A stretch of DNA of 64,000 nucleotides, taken from NCBI RefSeq assembly GCF_006345805.1, contig NC_043016.1, positions 21,824,001 to 21,888,000 on the forward strand, in the 5' to 3' direction. Source of the stretch: Octopus sinensis. Lineage: Eukaryota. Made by a program: the position numbers and the translations under genes. The notes beneath the pieces were generated by a model. The model was not told the origin of the DNA, ran no database searches, and worked only from the letters and a program-made list of their open reading frames with translations. Position 1 is the first letter of the stretch; every line of letters begins with the position of its first letter. Shown piece by piece: positions 61,899 through 64,000 of the stretch.

Positions 61899-62113
61899 TT
61901 ATATGTGTGTTTATGTCTGTGTTTGTCCCCCCACCACCACCATGCTTGACAACCGACGTTAGCATGTTTACATCCCAGTAACTTAGCAGTTTGGCAGAAG
62001 GAACCAATAGAATAAGCACCAGGCTTACAAAGAATAAATTCAGAGGTTGATTTCTTTGACTGAAAGGTGGTGCTCCAGCATGGCCACAGTCAATTAACTG
62101 AAACAAGTAAAAG
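61696..62113 (+). mobile_element. Octopus-type tRNA-derived SINE, complete, inverted relative to its neighbour
   Basis: GGCACAGGCATGGCTGTGTG...GGTGCTCCAGCATGGCCACAGTCAATTAACTGAAACAAGTAAAAG. Confidence 0.85.
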
Positions 62114-62226
62114 AAAAAAAAGAATATGGATAAACAAAACATAAAAATAAAAAAATATATAAACATATATATAAAAGATATATAAACATTTGGATATAAA
62201 TAAACATAAAACAAGGATAAAAAGAT

Positions 62227-62263
<37 letters not shown>

Positions 62264-62343
62264 TATATATATACATACACATATATACATATATAAATAC
62301 ATATGCACATATATGTATACATACACATACACATATACGCATA

Positions 62344-63720
62344 CTAGCAGAGATACCCAGCGTTGCCTGTGTTACATGCAATTGAAGAATTATACTTTTC
62401 AGTTATATTTTCTGTAATGAACTGGAATATCTTTCGAATTTCATCAAAATTGCAGATGAGGGTTATTTCCCTCTTTACATACCCTAAAAAAATTGTAAGC
62501 ATGGCACATGTATCCCATACTACTGATTTTTATATGCAGATTCCAAAATTCCAGTCTTATAGAACCTGTTAAAAAGATTTTGCTCCTGAAAAATAGAGGT
62601 CATGGAGCTGTAAAATGTGAGAGTTAAGGCCCCTATTAGGGGTAGGTGTCTTAATGTCAACCAAAGAAGTTGAATTGTTGAAAATCTTTTTAACTTGGGT
62701 CATATCTATTGTTTGAATTTTTTTGAAATAGGAAATATATGTTCAGTGGGTTTGTAAAAGAGGGCAAAGCTACGGGAAACCAAAAGACGAATGATCACAA
62801 TAAGCAGTCATCTACCCTATCCTAGTCGTTACCACTCCCAAAAGAGGATTCCTCACCATCCAGGTGACAGGTACAGCCGTAAGATGCATTACGAATCTAT
62901 AGCAATTGAAAGGGCATGACGCAACTGAAATAAACATTAACAACTGTGTGACGTGAGGGCTAAGGAGAAATGAAAGTGTTACCTCTGGAGTTTGCAAATG
63001 ACCACTATACTGATACATAACTGGACAGAATAAATTTACAATCTATAAATGTCTTTGAATAACCAATCACTCATCTGGGAAGGCCTTGAAATCAATGTTA
63101 CCATCTGGGGACTATGTATAACCCAGTGATAATAAAAAGACTGAAAGGAGGTCTGAAACCAAATAACTTTACTCAATACTTTGCAACTGAGTCAGTGGAG
63201 GCAAAGATGCCTCTCATTTACTTGACAATTTAAATAGAAATCACAATCTAAGTATATCTCAAAGCAAACTCTTACACCGTTGTACTATTGAATTACAAAT
63301 AATGCCCATCTTTTATGCTCGAGTGACCCTACAGCTTCCAAGAGTACAACTGTATTCGTCTTTGCTTAGATAAAATGACTAAATTGTGGGTGTTAAGTCC
63401 CCATGAAGGGGTCTTCCTAACTTGTAAAAAGATGAAATTTTATAAATATTACTTCATTTGTGTCTAATATCTATGGTTAAAATTTCATCAACAGCAAAAA
63501 TATGAATTGCCTTGGGGGTTATGGCCCTTTATAGAATATAGAATATATAGAATATAATTTCCAAATTTCATAAAGATCCATTCAGTACTTTTGACCTAGT
63601 TTTGGATCATAAAAGAAATGACTAAAATTTGTGAGTTAAGGTCCCCATTAGGGTGTCTTAGAATCCTCATGAGAAGTGGAAACTTTGAGAATACTTCTTG
63701 ATATGGTTGAAATTTGTCCC
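62344..63720 (-). mobile_element. Helitron-like non-autonomous element (3' end recognisable, extent uncertain)
   Basis: ATA|CTAGCAGAGATACCCAGCGTTGCC resembles the termini at 24937 and 33426. Internal GTTAAGG(C/T)CCC repeats. Confidence 0.45.
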
Positions 63721-63726
63721 CCCTAA

Positions 63727-63835
63727 AGGTTACTATATCCAGCCTTTAGTGCTCTAACACTTTCTCTGTATGGAAATCAAAGTCCCAGAGGATTTTTGCT
63801 TTCCTCTTTTCGTCCATTACCTTTTCCAGTGTATG
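63727..63835 (-). mobile_element. Short Dong/R4 fragment
   Basis: KAKILWDFDFHTEKVLEH*RLDIV. Confidence 0.7.
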
Positions 63836-63838
63836 TTG

Positions 63839-63875
<37 letters not shown>

Positions 63876-63880
63876 CACAT

Positions 63881-63923
<43 letters not shown>

Positions 63924-64000
63924 AATATATATATATATATATATGTATACATATGCATATGTATACAAACACACACAAACAGATATAAAACTAAGTATGG

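Overview
Eukaryotic, AT-rich, repeat-saturated animal DNA. The SINE and RTE families and the microsatellites resemble those I recall from coleoid cephalopods (probably Octopus sp.); this is an inference from memory, not a database result. I found no intact prokaryotic-style gene, rRNA, true tRNA or CRISPR array. Most of the window is decayed mobile DNA: Dong/R4, CRE, Tx1, RTE, CR1/L2-like and Penelope retroelements, three Ty3/Gypsy remnants, Tc1 and two maT (DD37D) mariners, several Helitrons, MITEs and tRNA-derived SINEs. The best non-trivial signal is a set of hammerhead-ribozyme motifs in Penelope-related non-coding elements. One is structurally complete (type I, 56465-56525) and sits in a fold-back whose other arm is antisense to half of it. 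Five more are decayed (19795, 22011, 35846, 56798, 59800). Other signals are a CpG-island-like promoter near 29.4 kb, CpG-retaining islands that share a ~98% identical 360-bp block, and weak candidate small exons of an unidentified minus-strand host gene. Most TE boundaries are approximate, read by eye.
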